NCBI GenBank assembly: GCA_945920215.1
Contig: CAMEJM010000002.1
Location: 18,760-82,759 of the forward strand
From: an uncultured bacterium
GTDB lineage: Bacteria; Bacillota; Clostridia; Oscillospirales; CAG-272
Length of the DNA: 64,000 nt
Reading direction: 5' to 3'
This document shows positions 30,568 through 40,107 of the stretch, piece after piece. Position 1 is the stretch's first letter, and every line of letters starts with the position of its first letter. The position numbers and the translations under genes were made by a program. The notes under the pieces were generated by a model that was given only the letters and a program-made list of their open reading frames with translations, was not told the DNA's origin and searched no databases.

Positions 30568-30815
30568 AATTTACGGTAAGAGGAGGGATTATTCTGCCGA
30601 AAGATGACGTGATTGAGTTTGAAGACGGCGAAGTGATTGAAGCACTTCCGAACGCCACCTTCAAAGTCAAGCTTCCGAACGGACATATTGTGACAGCGCA
30701 TATTTCCGGGAAGCTCAGATTGAACTATATCAGGATCCTTCCCGGTGATAAGGTAACGGTTGAGGTGTCGATTTACGATCCCACCAAGGGCCGCATCACC
30801 TGGAGAAAAAAATAA
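30564..30815 (+). CDS. infA: translation initiation factor IF-1 (start codon ambiguous)
   Basis: [69 protein letters not shown] is IF-1. The only canonical in-frame start is GTG 30564, which overlaps the map stop. Alignment and the AGGAGG at 30581-30586 favour CTG 30594 or ATT 30591. Confidence 0.9.
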   Translation: MKFTVRGGIILPKDDVIEFEDGEVIEALPNATFKVKLPNGHIVTAHISGKLRLNYIRILPGDKVTVEVSIYDPTKGRITWRKK

Positions 30816-30839
30816 TATCCGAAAGGAAAGGTATCTGAG

Positions 30840-30953
30840 ATGAAAGTGAAACCTTCCGTTAAAAAGATTTGCGAAAAGTGCAAGATTATCAAGCGCAAGG
30901 GCTGCGTGATGGTGATTTGTGAAAATCCCAAGCACAAGCAGAAGCAGGGCTGA
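30840..30953 (+). CDS. rpmJ: 50S ribosomal protein L36 (zinc-binding form)
   Basis: Not in the track (37 aa). Hand translation [37 protein letters not shown]. Confidence 0.96.
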   Translation: MKVKPSVKKICEKCKIIKRKGCVMVICENPKHKQKQG

Positions 30954-31019
30954 TAAACCGCACAGGCAATTCACCCAACGGTGATACAAATTACACGATA
31001 AGGAGTTAAATATCAAACT

Positions 31020-31388
31020 ATGGCTCGTTTAGCTGGTGTCGATATTCCCAACAACAAGCGCATTGAGATCGCTCTGACCTATATCTACGGAATCGGTCTG
31101 ACGAGTTCCAAGGAAATCCTGGCAAAGACCGGTATCGATCCCGATACCCGTGCCAAGGATCTGACCGAGGATCAGATCGCAGCACTCCGTGAAGAGATTG
31201 AAGCGAACTACCATGTGGAGGGCGACCTGCGCCGCACCGTGGCGATGAACATCAAGAAACTGATGGAAATCAACAGCTACCGCGGAAGCAGACATAAGAG
31301 AAGCCTCCCCGTCAGAGGTCAGAGAACCAAGACGAACGCAAGAACAAGAAAAGGTCCCGTAAAGACCATCGCCAATAAGAAGAAGTAA
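31020..31388 (+). CDS. rpsM: 30S ribosomal protein S13
   Basis: [26 protein letters not shown]. Confidence 0.98.
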   Translation: MARLAGVDIPNNKRIEIALTYIYGIGLTSSKEILAKTGIDPDTRAKDLTEDQIAALREEIEANYHVEGDLRRTVAMNIKKLMEINSYRGSRHKRSLPVRGQRTKTNARTRKGPVKTIANKKK

Positions 31389-31402
31389 GGAGGAGAACTG
31401 AA

Positions 31403-31804
31403 TTGGCTACCAAAGTACCCGCCACCAAAAAGGTTGTGAAAAAGCGCCGCGAAAGAAAGAACGTTGAAAAAGGCGCAGCTCATATTCGTTCTACTTTCAA
31501 CAATACGATCGTATCCATCACCGACCTCCAGGGGAACGTGATTTCTTGGGCGTCCGCAGGTGCAAACTTCAAGGGCTCCAGAAAGTCCACTCCCTTTGCC
31601 GCACAGACCGCAGCCGAGCAGGCTGCAAAGGCTGCTATGGACCACGGCATGAAGACCGTAGAGGTTTACGTGCTCGGCCCCGGCACCGGTCGTGAGGCAG
31701 CTATCCGCGCGTTGGCAACCGCCGGTCTCGAAGTGACCAAAATCCAGGATAAGACGCCCATCCCTCACAACGGATGCCGTCCTCCCAAGCGTCGCCGCGT
31801 ATAA
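31403..31804 (+). CDS. rpsK: 30S ribosomal protein S11
   Basis: TTG start after AAGGAGGAG; [15 protein letters not shown] motif. Confidence 0.97.
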   Translation: MATKVPATKKVVKKRRERKNVEKGAAHIRSTFNNTIVSITDLQGNVISWASAGANFKGSRKSTPFAAQTAAEQAAKAAMDHGMKTVEVYVLGPGTGREAAIRALATAGLEVTKIQDKTPIPHNGCRPPKRRRV

Positions 31805-31828
31805 TCTGACAGGAGGAAAATAAGACAA

Positions 31829-32455
31829 ATGGCAAGATATATTGGACCGAACTGCAAAGAGTGCCGCAGAGAAGGCGCAAAGCTTTACCTGAAGGGCGAA
31901 CGCTGCCTTTCCGATAAATGTGCATTCAACCACAGAAGCACTGTCCCCGGTCAGCACGGCGCTGCCCGCAAGAAGGTCAGTGAATACGGTATGCAGCTGC
32001 GTGAGAAGCAGAAGACCCGTCGCTACTACGGCGTGCTGGAAAGACAGTTCGCTTTGTATTACGAGATGGCTGAAAAGAAAGAGGGCATGACCGGTGAAAA
32101 CCTGCTCATCCTCCTGGAGCGCCGTCTTGACAACGTAGTATACAGAATGGGTATGGCTTCCAGCCGTAAGGAAGCGCGTCAGCTCGTTCTTCACGGTCAC
32201 TTCACTGTCAACGGCAAGAAGGCAACCATCCCCTCCATGCTTCTGAAGGCAGGCGACGTGGTCGCAGTGAAAGAAAGCCGCCGCGACGGTGCGAAGATCA
32301 AATCTCTGGCTGAATCTATGGAGACCAGAAACAAACCGAAGTGGATTGAAGCAGACGCAGCTAACATGTCTGCAAAGATCGTGGCTCTTCCCACAAGAGA
32401 CGACATCGACTTCGATTTCAACGAACAGCTTATCGTCGAACTCTATTCCAAATAA
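31829..32455 (+). CDS. rpsD: 30S ribosomal protein S4
   Basis: [26 protein letters not shown] (Cys-containing N-terminus), S4 domain. Confidence 0.98.
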   Translation: MARYIGPNCKECRREGAKLYLKGERCLSDKCAFNHRSTVPGQHGAARKKVSEYGMQLREKQKTRRYYGVLERQFALYYEMAEKKEGMTGENLLILLERRLDNVVYRMGMASSRKEARQLVLHGHFTVNGKKATIPSMLLKAGDVVAVKESRRDGAKIKSLAESMETRNKPKWIEADAANMSAKIVALPTRDDIDFDFNEQLIVELYSK

Positions 32456-32605
32456 TAACGCCCTCCGATTTATTGCTGCGGTATTTGCGGAGCCGGGCGG
32501 CAGTTTTCCGCCCCTCCCACACCGCGCAATCAATCTCATCGTTATCAACCCTCCCATTGCGGGATTTATGTTAGCGACCAGTCTAAATACAGGAGGATAT
32601 GAACC

Positions 32606-33580
32606 ATGATTGAAATAGAGAAGCCCACTATTACCCCCCACATTCTCCGTGAGGACGGCAGTGAGGGCGAGTTCGTTGTCGAACCTCTTGAAAGAGGCTA
32701 CGGCATTACGCTTGCCAACTCTCTGCGCCGTATTCTTCTCAGCTCTCTGGAAGGCTACGCAGTGACCTCTATCCGGATTGAAGGGGTACTTCATGAGATT
32801 TCCACCGTTGCGGGTGTCAAAGAGGATGTTCCCGAAATCGTTCTGAACGTAAAGGGCATCGTTGCCAAGCTGTTCAGCCAGGGTCCCAAGACCGTTACCA
32901 TTGACGTGACAGGTCCCTGCAACGTCACCGCAGGCGACATTTCTCCCGATCCCGACATCGAGATTCTCAATCCCAACCATCATCTGGCGACCGTCAACGC
33001 AGGCAATCGCTTCTATATGGAGCTGACCTTTGACAGCGGCTGCGGCTATGTCCCGATGGAGAAGAACAAGCAGAATTATATCAGTGAAATTTCCGGCGGC
33101 GCAGGCGCGCCCATCGGTCTGATTTTCGTGGATTCCATCTTTACCCCTGTGTACAAGGTGGAGTACTCCGTGGAAAACACCCGCGTCAGAAATATCACCG
33201 ACTATGACAGAATGACTCTGCACGTTCTGACCAACGGTACCATCACCGCTCAGAAAGCCATTTCGATGGCAGCCAAGATTCTCAACGAGCATCTCAACCT
33301 CTTCGTCGAAATGTCCGACGAGGCTAAAAAAGCCGAGATTATGGTCGAGCGCGAAGAGATTAAGAGAGATAAGATCCTTGAGATGTCCATTGACGATCTT
33401 GACCTTTCCGTCCGCAGCTTCAACTGCTTGAAGCGCGCCGGTATCGATACGGTTGAAGATCTGATCAACCGCACCGAGGAAGACATGATTAAGGTCAGAA
33501 ACCTCGGCAGAAAGTCACTTGAAGAAGTCATTCAGAAGCTCCATTCCCTTGACCTGGACCTCAAAAAGGTCGAGGACTGA
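32606..33580 (+). CDS. rpoA: DNA-directed RNA polymerase subunit alpha
   Basis: [20 protein letters not shown]; C-terminal domain [16 protein letters not shown]. Confidence 0.98.
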   Translation: MIEIEKPTITPHILREDGSEGEFVVEPLERGYGITLANSLRRILLSSLEGYAVTSIRIEGVLHEISTVAGVKEDVPEIVLNVKGIVAKLFSQGPKTVTIDVTGPCNVTAGDISPDPDIEILNPNHHLATVNAGNRFYMELTFDSGCGYVPMEKNKQNYISEISGGAGAPIGLIFVDSIFTPVYKVEYSVENTRVRNITDYDRMTLHVLTNGTITAQKAISMAAKILNEHLNLFVEMSDEAKKAEIMVEREEIKRDKILEMSIDDLDLSVRSFNCLKRAGIDTVEDLINRTEEDMIKVRNLGRKSLEEVIQKLHSLDLDLKKVED

Positions 33581-33605
33581 GAGCAAATAAGAGGAGGTAA
33601 GGCAA

Positions 33606-33959
33606 ATGCCTATGAGAAAGCTTGGCAGACCTACCGCACACAGAAATGCAATGCTGAGAGGCATGGTAACATATCTGTTGGAAAACGGTAAAGTCGAGAC
33701 CACTTATACAAGAGCAAAAGAAGTCAGCGCATTGGCTGAAAAAATGATTACCCTCGGTAAGGAGCACACGCTTGCATCCTACCGTCGTGCACTCGCATTC
33801 ATTACCAAGGAGGATGTGGCAAAGAAACTCTTTGACACCATCGCTCCCTCGTATGCCGATGTCAAGGGCGGTTACACTCAGATCTATAAGCTGGGTCCGC
33901 GCCGCGGCGACGGCGCCGAAATGGCGCTGATCCGTTTGGTGAAAACCAACGCACAGTAA
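33606..33959 (+). CDS. rplQ: 50S ribosomal protein L17
   Basis: [17 protein letters not shown] motif. Confidence 0.98.
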   Translation: MPMRKLGRPTAHRNAMLRGMVTYLLENGKVETTYTRAKEVSALAEKMITLGKEHTLASYRRALAFITKEDVAKKLFDTIAPSYADVKGGYTQIYKLGPRRGDGAEMALIRLVKTNAQ

Positions 33960-33964
33960 ACTTC

Positions 33965-34000
33965 AGAACACCGAAGCCCCGGCTTCGGTGTTCTTCTGTT
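33965..34000 (+). terminator. rho-independent terminator of the alpha operon
   Basis: Perfect inverted repeat AGAACACCGAAGCC/GGCTTCGGTGTTCT followed by TCTGTT. Confidence 0.85.
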
Positions 34001-34145
34001 ATCAAAATAGAGAGGAAAAAAGAACCCCGCGTATGAGACTCTCGAAACGGGAAATGCTTTCAGAGAGCGAAGAAGTGCGGAGCAGGAAAGAGAAAATAAT
34101 CCGTAAAAACAGAGGCGATAAAAACAAAAAGTATCTTTTTATCTC

Positions 34146-34174
34146 TTGACATATCTTTTGCGGAATGGTATAAT
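34146..34174 (+). promoter_or_regulatory. promoter of perR operon (TTGACA-17-TATAAT)
   Basis: TTGACA at 34146-34151, 17-nt spacer, TATAAT at 34169-34174. Confidence 0.7.
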
Positions 34175-34184
34175 AAATTCAGAT

Positions 34185-34199
34185 TTAGAATGATTCTAA
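34185..34199. promoter_or_regulatory. Fur/PerR-box-like 7-1-7 palindrome TTAGAATGATTCTAA
   Basis: Perfect inverted repeat 11 nt downstream of the -10. It resembles the Bacillus Per box TTATAATnATTATAA and lies immediately upstream of a Fur-family gene. Confidence 0.65.
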
Positions 34200-34212
34200 A
34201 AAGGAGGGCAAT

Positions 34213-34584
34213 ATGACCAAACAAAGAGCGTTGATACTGCGGTTGGTCAGAGGATCTTGTGCGCATAAGACGGCGGAACAGATCTGGCAGGCGGCGAAAG
34301 CCGAAATGCCCTCAATCGTGATGGCGACCGTTTATAATAATCTGAACGCATTGGCGGAAGCGGGGGAGATCATCCGCGTCCGCGTGGCGGGCGGCCCCGA
34401 CCGCTTTGATAAGACCGTCACCCGTCATTTCCACCTTGTGTGCGACGAATGCGGGGAAATGACGGATCTGACGGGGGTGCAGGACCCTACTGCACAAATC
34501 GAGGGGGAATACGGCGTGTGCCTTTCCGCTATGGAAATCAACGCCCATTATATTTGCAGCAAATGCATGGAGGGAAGATCATGA
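34213..34584 (+). CDS. perR: Fur-family transcriptional regulator, PerR-like
   Basis: 123 aa with a winged helix ([15 protein letters not shown]). Metal sites [10 protein letters not shown] and ICSKC. Heads a rubrerythrin operon. Confidence 0.85.
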   Translation: MTKQRALILRLVRGSCAHKTAEQIWQAAKAEMPSIVMATVYNNLNALAEAGEIIRVRVAGGPDRFDKTVTRHFHLVCDECGEMTDLTGVQDPTAQIEGEYGVCLSAMEINAHYICSKCMEGRS

Positions 34585-35780
34585 ATACAAATATTTTTCG
34601 CACTATCGGATACGGGATGTACGTCCTCGCGGCACGTGACGGGACGCAAGACAACGCGTGCATCGTCAACGCGGTCATGCAGGTGACCTCGTCTCCCGCC
34701 CGTATTGCGGTCTGCGTGAATAAGAGCAATCTGACTTGTACAATGATTGAAAAGACAGGTTTGTTTACCTTGTCGGTGCTCACTGAAGAAGCCCCGTTTT
34801 CGGTGTTTCAGCAGTTTGGCTTCCAGAGCGGACGGGTGGCAGACAAATTCGCCGATTGTAAAGATGAAATTAGAGCGGAAAGCGGTATTCGCTATCTTCC
34901 GCGCTATACCAACGCGTATATAGACGCCAAGGTCGTAGACGGGCGGGATCTCGGCACGCACCGGATGTTCATCGCGGATGTGGTGGGCGGCGATATGCTT
35001 TCCGAGCTGCCCGGCATGACCTATTCCTACTATCAGAACCATACCAAACCGCGCCCCACGGTCACGCCGCTCGGCAAGACTGTTTGGAGATGCAAGGTTT
35101 GCGGATATATTTATGAGGGAGAAGAGTTGCCTGCCGATTACGTCTGCCCCCTGTGCAAGCACGGCGCCGAGGATTTTGAAAAGGTAGTCACCGAGCTTCC
35201 CGCAACCGAAGTCAGCAATCAAAATTCACATAAAGGAGAAACCGTTATGAAACTCGAAGGAACCAAAACCGAAAAGAACCTGCAGGCAGCGTTTGCAGGA
35301 GAATCCCAGGCAAGAAACAAGTATACCTACTTCGCTTCCGTTGCCAAGAAGGAAGGGTACGAGCAGATCGCAGCTATCTTCCTTAAGACCGCTGAAAACG
35401 AGAAAGAGCACGCCAAACTCTGGCTGAAAGAACTCGGCGGCATCGGCGATACCGCAAAGAACTTGGCAGCAGCCGCCGACGGCGAGAACTACGAGTGGAC
35501 CGATATGTATGAGCAGTTTGCAAAGGACGCAGAGGAAGAGGGCTTTACGGCTCTTGCCGCACGCTTCCGTATGGTCGGCGCCATCGAGAAGGAGCACGAG
35601 GAAAGATACCGTGCCCTGCTCCGCAACGTCGAAGCGCAGGAAGTATTCAAGAAGAGCGAAGTCAAGGTTTGGGAGTGCCGTAACTGCGGCCACATCGTGG
35701 TCGGCACCAAGGCGCCCGAGGTTTGCCCCGTCTGCGCTCATCCGCAGAGCTACTTTGAAGTACGCGAGCAGAATTATTGA
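34581..35780 (+). CDS. flavin reductase-like domain + rubredoxin + rubrerythrin fusion protein (Hrb-Rbr)
   Basis: ATG 34581 overlaps the perR stop (ATGA). Residues about 1-165 form a flavin-reductase fold. [12 protein letters not shown]...CPLCKHG is a rubredoxin. From [26 protein letters not shown] to [12 protein letters not shown] is a classical rubrerythrin. I checked codon by codon that there is no stop between the modules. Confidence 0.85.
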   Translation: MNTNIFRTIGYGMYVLAARDGTQDNACIVNAVMQVTSSPARIAVCVNKSNLTCTMIEKTGLFTLSVLTEEAPFSVFQQFGFQSGRVADKFADCKDEIRAESGIRYLPRYTNAYIDAKVVDGRDLGTHRMFIADVVGGDMLSELPGMTYSYYQNHTKPRPTVTPLGKTVWRCKVCGYIYEGEELPADYVCPLCKHGAEDFEKVVTELPATEVSNQNSHKGETVMKLEGTKTEKNLQAAFAGESQARNKYTYFASVAKKEGYEQIAAIFLKTAENEKEHAKLWLKELGGIGDTAKNLAAAADGENYEWTDMYEQFAKDAEEEGFTALAARFRMVGAIEKEHEERYRALLRNVEAQEVFKKSEVKVWECRNCGHIVVGTKAPEVCPVCAHPQSYFEVREQNY

Positions 35781-35830
35781 TAGGTTTTTCTCCGCGTCAT
35801 TGAGTGAAGTCCCCAAAGGGGGTCATGTGG

Positions 35831-35866
35831 AGCCGTCTGTGCCGTATGGCACAGACGGCTCTTTTC
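35831..35866 (+). terminator. rho-independent terminator after the rubrerythrin fusion gene
   Basis: 13-bp stem AGCCGTCTGTGCC/GGCACAGACGGCT with GTAT loop, then CTTTTC. Confidence 0.85.
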
Positions 35867-36036
35867 AAATTCATAGGCTGTTGCGAATGAGTTTCTTCGA
35901 TTCCCGTACCCGCTTTTCATTTTTTGAAAAGAAATGAAATGCCCGCTTTATCGTCGAGAGCCGCAGCAAAGAGACGGCGCCGGAAGTAATTGACGATTTC
36001 CCGTGCTTTTACCAAGCCGAAATACAGGCGTTTCTA

Positions 36037-36065
36037 TTGACAGGCAAGGGGTTCTTTGTTATAAT
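36037..36065 (+). promoter_or_regulatory. promoter of the citrate synthase cluster (TTGACA-17-TATAAT)
   Basis: TTGACA at 36037-36042, 17-nt spacer, TATAAT at 36060-36065. Confidence 0.7.
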
Positions 36066-36083
36066 AAACACATCATTTGTATC

Positions 36084-36095
36084 ATTGTATACAAT
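36084..36095. promoter_or_regulatory. candidate GntR-family operator, 12-bp perfect palindrome ATTGTATACAAT
   Basis: Fits the generic GntR/FadR operator pattern (T.GT-N-AC.A). It lies between the -10 and the RBS of the first gene of a cluster that encodes a GntR regulator. Confidence 0.5.
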
Positions 36096-36118
36096 TATAC
36101 AATGAGGAGGAAAACAAC

Positions 36119-37492
36119 GTGTTAGAGAGAAACGACCAATCCAACCTGTTGGAACTGTCGCAGTACCGCTATTCGCTTCAGGACGTGGAGGAGCCCAACC
36201 TGTACCGCGAGGTGTATCCGTACAGCGAGGTACCGAAAATTCCGTTTAACTTCCGCCGCGTGCCGATCAATATGCCGAAGGATATCTGGATCACCGACAC
36301 CACCTTCCGTGACGGGCAGCAGTCCCGCGCGCCTTACACGGTGGAGCAGATTGTGCATTTGTACGAGCTGATTGCCAAACTCGGCGGCGAAAAGGGCATT
36401 ATCCGGCAGAGCGAATTTTTTGTGTACAGTCAGAAAGACCGCGAAGCCGTCAAGAGATGCATGGATCTCGGCTATCAGTTCCCGGAGATTACCACTTGGA
36501 TCCGCGCCAGCAAGAGCGACTTTGAGCTGGTGAGGGACATCGGTATCAAGGAGACGGGGATTTTGGTTTCCTGCTCCGACTATCACATCTTCAAAAAGTT
36601 AAACATGACCCGCCGGCAGGCGATGGATCACTATTTGGCTGTGGTCAAGGAGGCGCTGGACGCCGGACTGCGCCCGCGCTGCCATCTGGAGGACATCACG
36701 CGCGCGGATTTCTATGGCTTTGTCGTTCCGTTCGTCAACGCTCTGACCGACCTGTCCGAAGAAGCCGGCATTCCCGTGAAGATCCGTATGTGCGACACAA
36801 TGGGGTACGGCGTGAGCTTCTCCGGCGTGGCGCTGCCCCGCAGCGTTCCCGGCATTGTGTACGGCTTGCACCACTATGCGCAGGTGCCGTCCGAGATGCT
36901 GGAGTGGCACGGGCACAACGACTTCGGCAACGCGATCACCAACGCCGCCACGGCATGGCTGTACGGCGCCTCCGCCGTCAACTGCTCGCTGCTCGGGATC
37001 GGGGAGCGCACGGGAAATATTCCGCTGGAGGCAATGGTCATGCAATACGCCTCTCTGCGCGGCACGATGGACGGGATGCACCCCGAGGTGATTACCGAAA
37101 TCGCGCACTATTATACGCATGAGCTGCATTATCACATTCCGCCAATGACCCCCTTTGTCGGGGAGAACTTCAATGTTACCCGCGCGGGCATTCACGCGGA
37201 CGGCATGATGAAAGACGCGGAAATTTACAACATATTCGATACCGAAGCCATTCTGCACCGTCCCGCCAATGTTTCCATCAGCAATACCTCGGGTCTGGCG
37301 GGGCTGGCGTTCTGGATCAACAACCATTACGGCCTGCAGGGCGATCAGATGGTGACAAAGCAATCCACGGTGGTGACCGAAGCCAAGGCAATCATCGACC
37401 GCCTGTACGAGGCGGGACGCAACACGCTGATGAGCACCGAGGAGCTGGAGGGAATCATCGAGGAGCTTGCGCCCGGCCGTTTCCACATATGA
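36119..37492 (+). CDS. Re-face citrate synthase / homocitrate synthase-family enzyme (HMGL-like/DRE-TIM)
   Basis: WITDTTFRDGQQS motif and HxH metal site (EWHGHNDFGNA). GTG 36119 follows AGGAGG at 8 nt. Its context with aconitase and IDH matches the clostridial Re-citrate synthase arrangement. Confidence 0.75.
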   Translation: MLERNDQSNLLELSQYRYSLQDVEEPNLYREVYPYSEVPKIPFNFRRVPINMPKDIWITDTTFRDGQQSRAPYTVEQIVHLYELIAKLGGEKGIIRQSEFFVYSQKDREAVKRCMDLGYQFPEITTWIRASKSDFELVRDIGIKETGILVSCSDYHIFKKLNMTRRQAMDHYLAVVKEALDAGLRPRCHLEDITRADFYGFVVPFVNALTDLSEEAGIPVKIRMCDTMGYGVSFSGVALPRSVPGIVYGLHHYAQVPSEMLEWHGHNDFGNAITNAATAWLYGASAVNCSLLGIGERTGNIPLEAMVMQYASLRGTMDGMHPEVITEIAHYYTHELHYHIPPMTPFVGENFNVTRAGIHADGMMKDAEIYNIFDTEAILHRPANVSISNTSGLAGLAFWINNHYGLQGDQMVTKQSTVVTEAKAIIDRLYEAGRNTLMSTEELEGIIEELAPGRFHI

Positions 37493-37500
37493 GGTGAAAG

Positions 37501-38160
37501 ATGGAAGACAACGGACTCAATGCGCGGGTATACCGCAGGATAGAGGACGGCATTCTGTCGGGTGAATATTCCGTCGGCACCTCTCTGACCGAACAGGAGG
37601 TGTCCCGCGTGACGGGCGTCAGCCGCACCCCGGTGCGCGCCGCGCTGCAGCGGCTGGAGCAGGAGGGGCTTGTCCGCCTGATTCCCAACAAGGGGGCAGT
37701 GGTGCTCGGTATCTCCCAAGCGGATTTGGTAGACATTTACCGTATGCGCGTGCGCTTGGAAGGGCTTGCCGCGGCAATGGCGGCGGAGCGCCTGACGGAG
37801 AGGGACATTGTGGCTCTCAGGGAAACCGTTGAACTGGCGGAATTCTATGTGGCACGCGGGGACGCGGCGAAGCTCCGCGACCTTGACAGCAATTTTCATG
37901 AGGCGGTGTATAACGCCTCCGGGAGCCGGATGCTGCGGCAGACCCTTTCGGATCTGCACCACAAAATCGGCGTTTGGCGCGCCAAGTCCCTCGCCGACCC
38001 GCACCGTGTGCAGGAATCCGTAGCGGAACACCGCGCGATTCTGAACGCTTTGATTGCGCGTGACGCCGCTTTGGCGGATTCCCTGACCTCACGGCACGTG
38101 GAACGCGCGCTGACCAATCTGATAAGAATCATCGAACAGGAAAACAGTAAGGAGAAATAA
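37501..38160 (+). CDS. GntR-family transcriptional regulator (FadR/FCD subfamily)
   Basis: N-terminal wHTH (LTEQEVSRVTGVSRTPVRAALQRLEQEGLV) and a helical C-terminal FCD-like domain. Confidence 0.88.
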   Translation: MEDNGLNARVYRRIEDGILSGEYSVGTSLTEQEVSRVTGVSRTPVRAALQRLEQEGLVRLIPNKGAVVLGISQADLVDIYRMRVRLEGLAAAMAAERLTERDIVALRETVELAEFYVARGDAAKLRDLDSNFHEAVYNASGSRMLRQTLSDLHHKIGVWRAKSLADPHRVQESVAEHRAILNALIARDAALADSLTSRHVERALTNLIRIIEQENSKEK

Positions 38161-38162
38161 CG

Positions 38163-40097
38163 ATGGGTTATACGATCGTACAGAAAATCATCCGCGACCA
38201 TTTGGTGTCGGGTGAAATGAAAACGGGCACCGAAATCGGGCTGAAGATTGACCAGACCCTGACGCAGGACGCGACGGGAACCATGGCATATCTGCAATTT
38301 GAGGCGATGGGAATCGACCGCGTTAAAACAGAGCTTTCGGTGGCATATATCGACCATAACACCTTGCAGGCGGGCTTTGAGAACGCAGACGATCACCGTT
38401 ATATTCAGACGGTCGCCAAGAAGCACGGCTTGCGCTTCTCCCGCCCCGGTAACGGTATTTGCCACCAGGTGCATCTCGAGCGCTTCGGGGCGCCCGGAAA
38501 GACCCTGATCGGCTCTGACAGCCATACTCCCACCGCGGGCGGTATCGGTATGATGGGCATGGGAGCAGGCGGGTTGGACGTCGCCGTTGCCATGGGCGGC
38601 GGAACCTACTATATCACCATGCCGCGCGTGATAGGCGTGGAGTTGGTCGGTAAGCTGCCGGATTACGTCGGCGCCAAGGACATTATTCTGGAGGTGCTGC
38701 GCCGCCTGTCGGTCAAGGGCGGGGTCGGCAATGTGATTGAATACTACGGCGAGGGCGTCAAGAGCCTGAGCGTGCCGCAGCGCGCCACCATCACCAACAT
38801 GGGCGCGGAGCTGGGAGCAACCACTTCCATTTTTCCGTCCGACGAAGTGACGCGCGCATTCCTGCGCGCGCAGGACAGAGAAGAGGTCTATGTGCCGCTT
38901 TCTCCCGACCCGGACGCCGTTTATGACAGCACCCTGCAAATTGACTTGTCTGCCCTCCGCCCTCTCGCTGCCTGCCCGCACAGCCCGGACAACGTGAAGC
39001 CGGTTTCCGAACTTGCCGGCATGAAGATCGATCAGGTCTGTATCGGCTCCTGCACCAACTCCTCCATGCTGGATATGCTGACCGTTGCCGCCATGCTGAA
39101 AGGCAAGACGATTGCCCCGGGCGTGTCCCTGTCCATCTCTCCCGGCTCCAAGCAGGTGTATACCATGCTCGCGGAGTGCGGCGCGCTGGCGGACATGATT
39201 GCGGCGGGCGCAAGAATTCTGGAGTGCGCGTGCGGCCCCTGCATCGGCATGGGCTTCTCCCCCAATTCCGGCGGGATCTCTCTGCGCACCTTCAACCGCA
39301 ACTTTGAGGCGCGCAGCGGCACCAAGGACGCCTCTGTCTATCTTGTCTCTCCCGAAACCGCGGCGGCTTCCGCCGTGGCTGGCGTGCTGGTCGACCCCAC
39401 CACGCTGGGGTGCGCGCCGAAGATTCATATGCCCAAGAAATTTCTGATCAACGACAATATGATCGAACTGCCCGCTTCCCCGGAGGAAGCGGACAAGGTG
39501 GAGGTCCTCCGCGGCCCCAACATCAAGCCCATTCCCGTCGGGCAGGCGCCCGCGGAAAATCTGAGCTGCAAGCTGGTGCTCAAGGTGGGTGACAACATCA
39601 CCACCGACCACATCATGCCCGCGGGCGCAAAGATTCTCCCGTTCCGTTCCAATGTGCCGAAGCTGTCCGAATTCTGCTTCACCGTCTGCGATAAGGATTT
39701 CCCCGAAAGAGCAAAGGAAGTGGGCGGAGGCGTCATTGTCGGCGGCTCCAATTACGGGCAGGGCTCCTCGCGTGAGCACGCGGCGCTGGTTCCGCTCTAT
39801 CTCGGCATCCGTGCCGTGGCGGCAAAGAGCTTCGCACGGATTCATGTGGCAAACCTGATCAATTTCGGTATTGTGCCGATGACCTTTGTCAACCCCGAGG
39901 ACTACGACAAACTGAATCAGATGGACGACGTGACCATCGACGGCTTCCGCGACGCGGTTGCAAACAGCAACGAGGTCACGCTCACCGATAAGACCATCGG
40001 GGCGGAGGTGACCCTCGCCCTCAATCTGACCGCGCGGCAGAGAGAGATCCTGCTTGCGGGCGGTCTGCTCAACGAAACTAAAAACAAGAGTAAATAA
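38163..40097 (+). CDS. acn: aconitate hydratase (about 640-aa type)
   Basis: GICHQVHLE, IGSDSHT, CIGSCTNSS and ACGPCIGMG Fe-S ligand motifs; swivel domain GGSNYGQGSSREHAA. Confidence 0.92.
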   Translation: MGYTIVQKIIRDHLVSGEMKTGTEIGLKIDQTLTQDATGTMAYLQFEAMGIDRVKTELSVAYIDHNTLQAGFENADDHRYIQTVAKKHGLRFSRPGNGICHQVHLERFGAPGKTLIGSDSHTPTAGGIGMMGMGAGGLDVAVAMGGGTYYITMPRVIGVELVGKLPDYVGAKDIILEVLRRLSVKGGVGNVIEYYGEGVKSLSVPQRATITNMGAELGATTSIFPSDEVTRAFLRAQDREEVYVPLSPDPDAVYDSTLQIDLSALRPLAACPHSPDNVKPVSELAGMKIDQVCIGSCTNSSMLDMLTVAAMLKGKTIAPGVSLSISPGSKQVYTMLAECGALADMIAAGARILECACGPCIGMGFSPNSGGISLRTFNRNFEARSGTKDASVYLVSPETAAASAVAGVLVDPTTLGCAPKIHMPKKFLINDNMIELPASPEEADKVEVLRGPNIKPIPVGQAPAENLSCKLVLKVGDNITTDHIMPAGAKILPFRSNVPKLSEFCFTVCDKDFPERAKEVGGGVIVGGSNYGQGSSREHAALVPLYLGIRAVAAKSFARIHVANLINFGIVPMTFVNPEDYDKLNQMDDVTIDGFRDAVANSNEVTLTDKTIGAEVTLALNLTARQREILLAGGLLNETKNKSK

Positions 40098-40107
40098 AGG
40101 AGAGGTT

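Noticed and set aside
32456-32605. 150-nt rpsD-rpoA spacer with a GGGCGG-cagtttt-CCGCCC hairpin, considered as an internal terminator or attenuator of the alpha operon.
   Set aside because: The stem is not followed by a U-tract, and the remaining pairings are short. I could not support a specific regulatory call from sequence alone.
35915-35939. Inverted repeat TTTCATTT-n9-AAATGAAA about 100 bp upstream of the citrate-synthase promoter, as a possible second operator.
   Set aside because: An AT-rich 8-mer repeat in an AT-rich intergenic region has a high chance expectation and no link to a known regulator motif.
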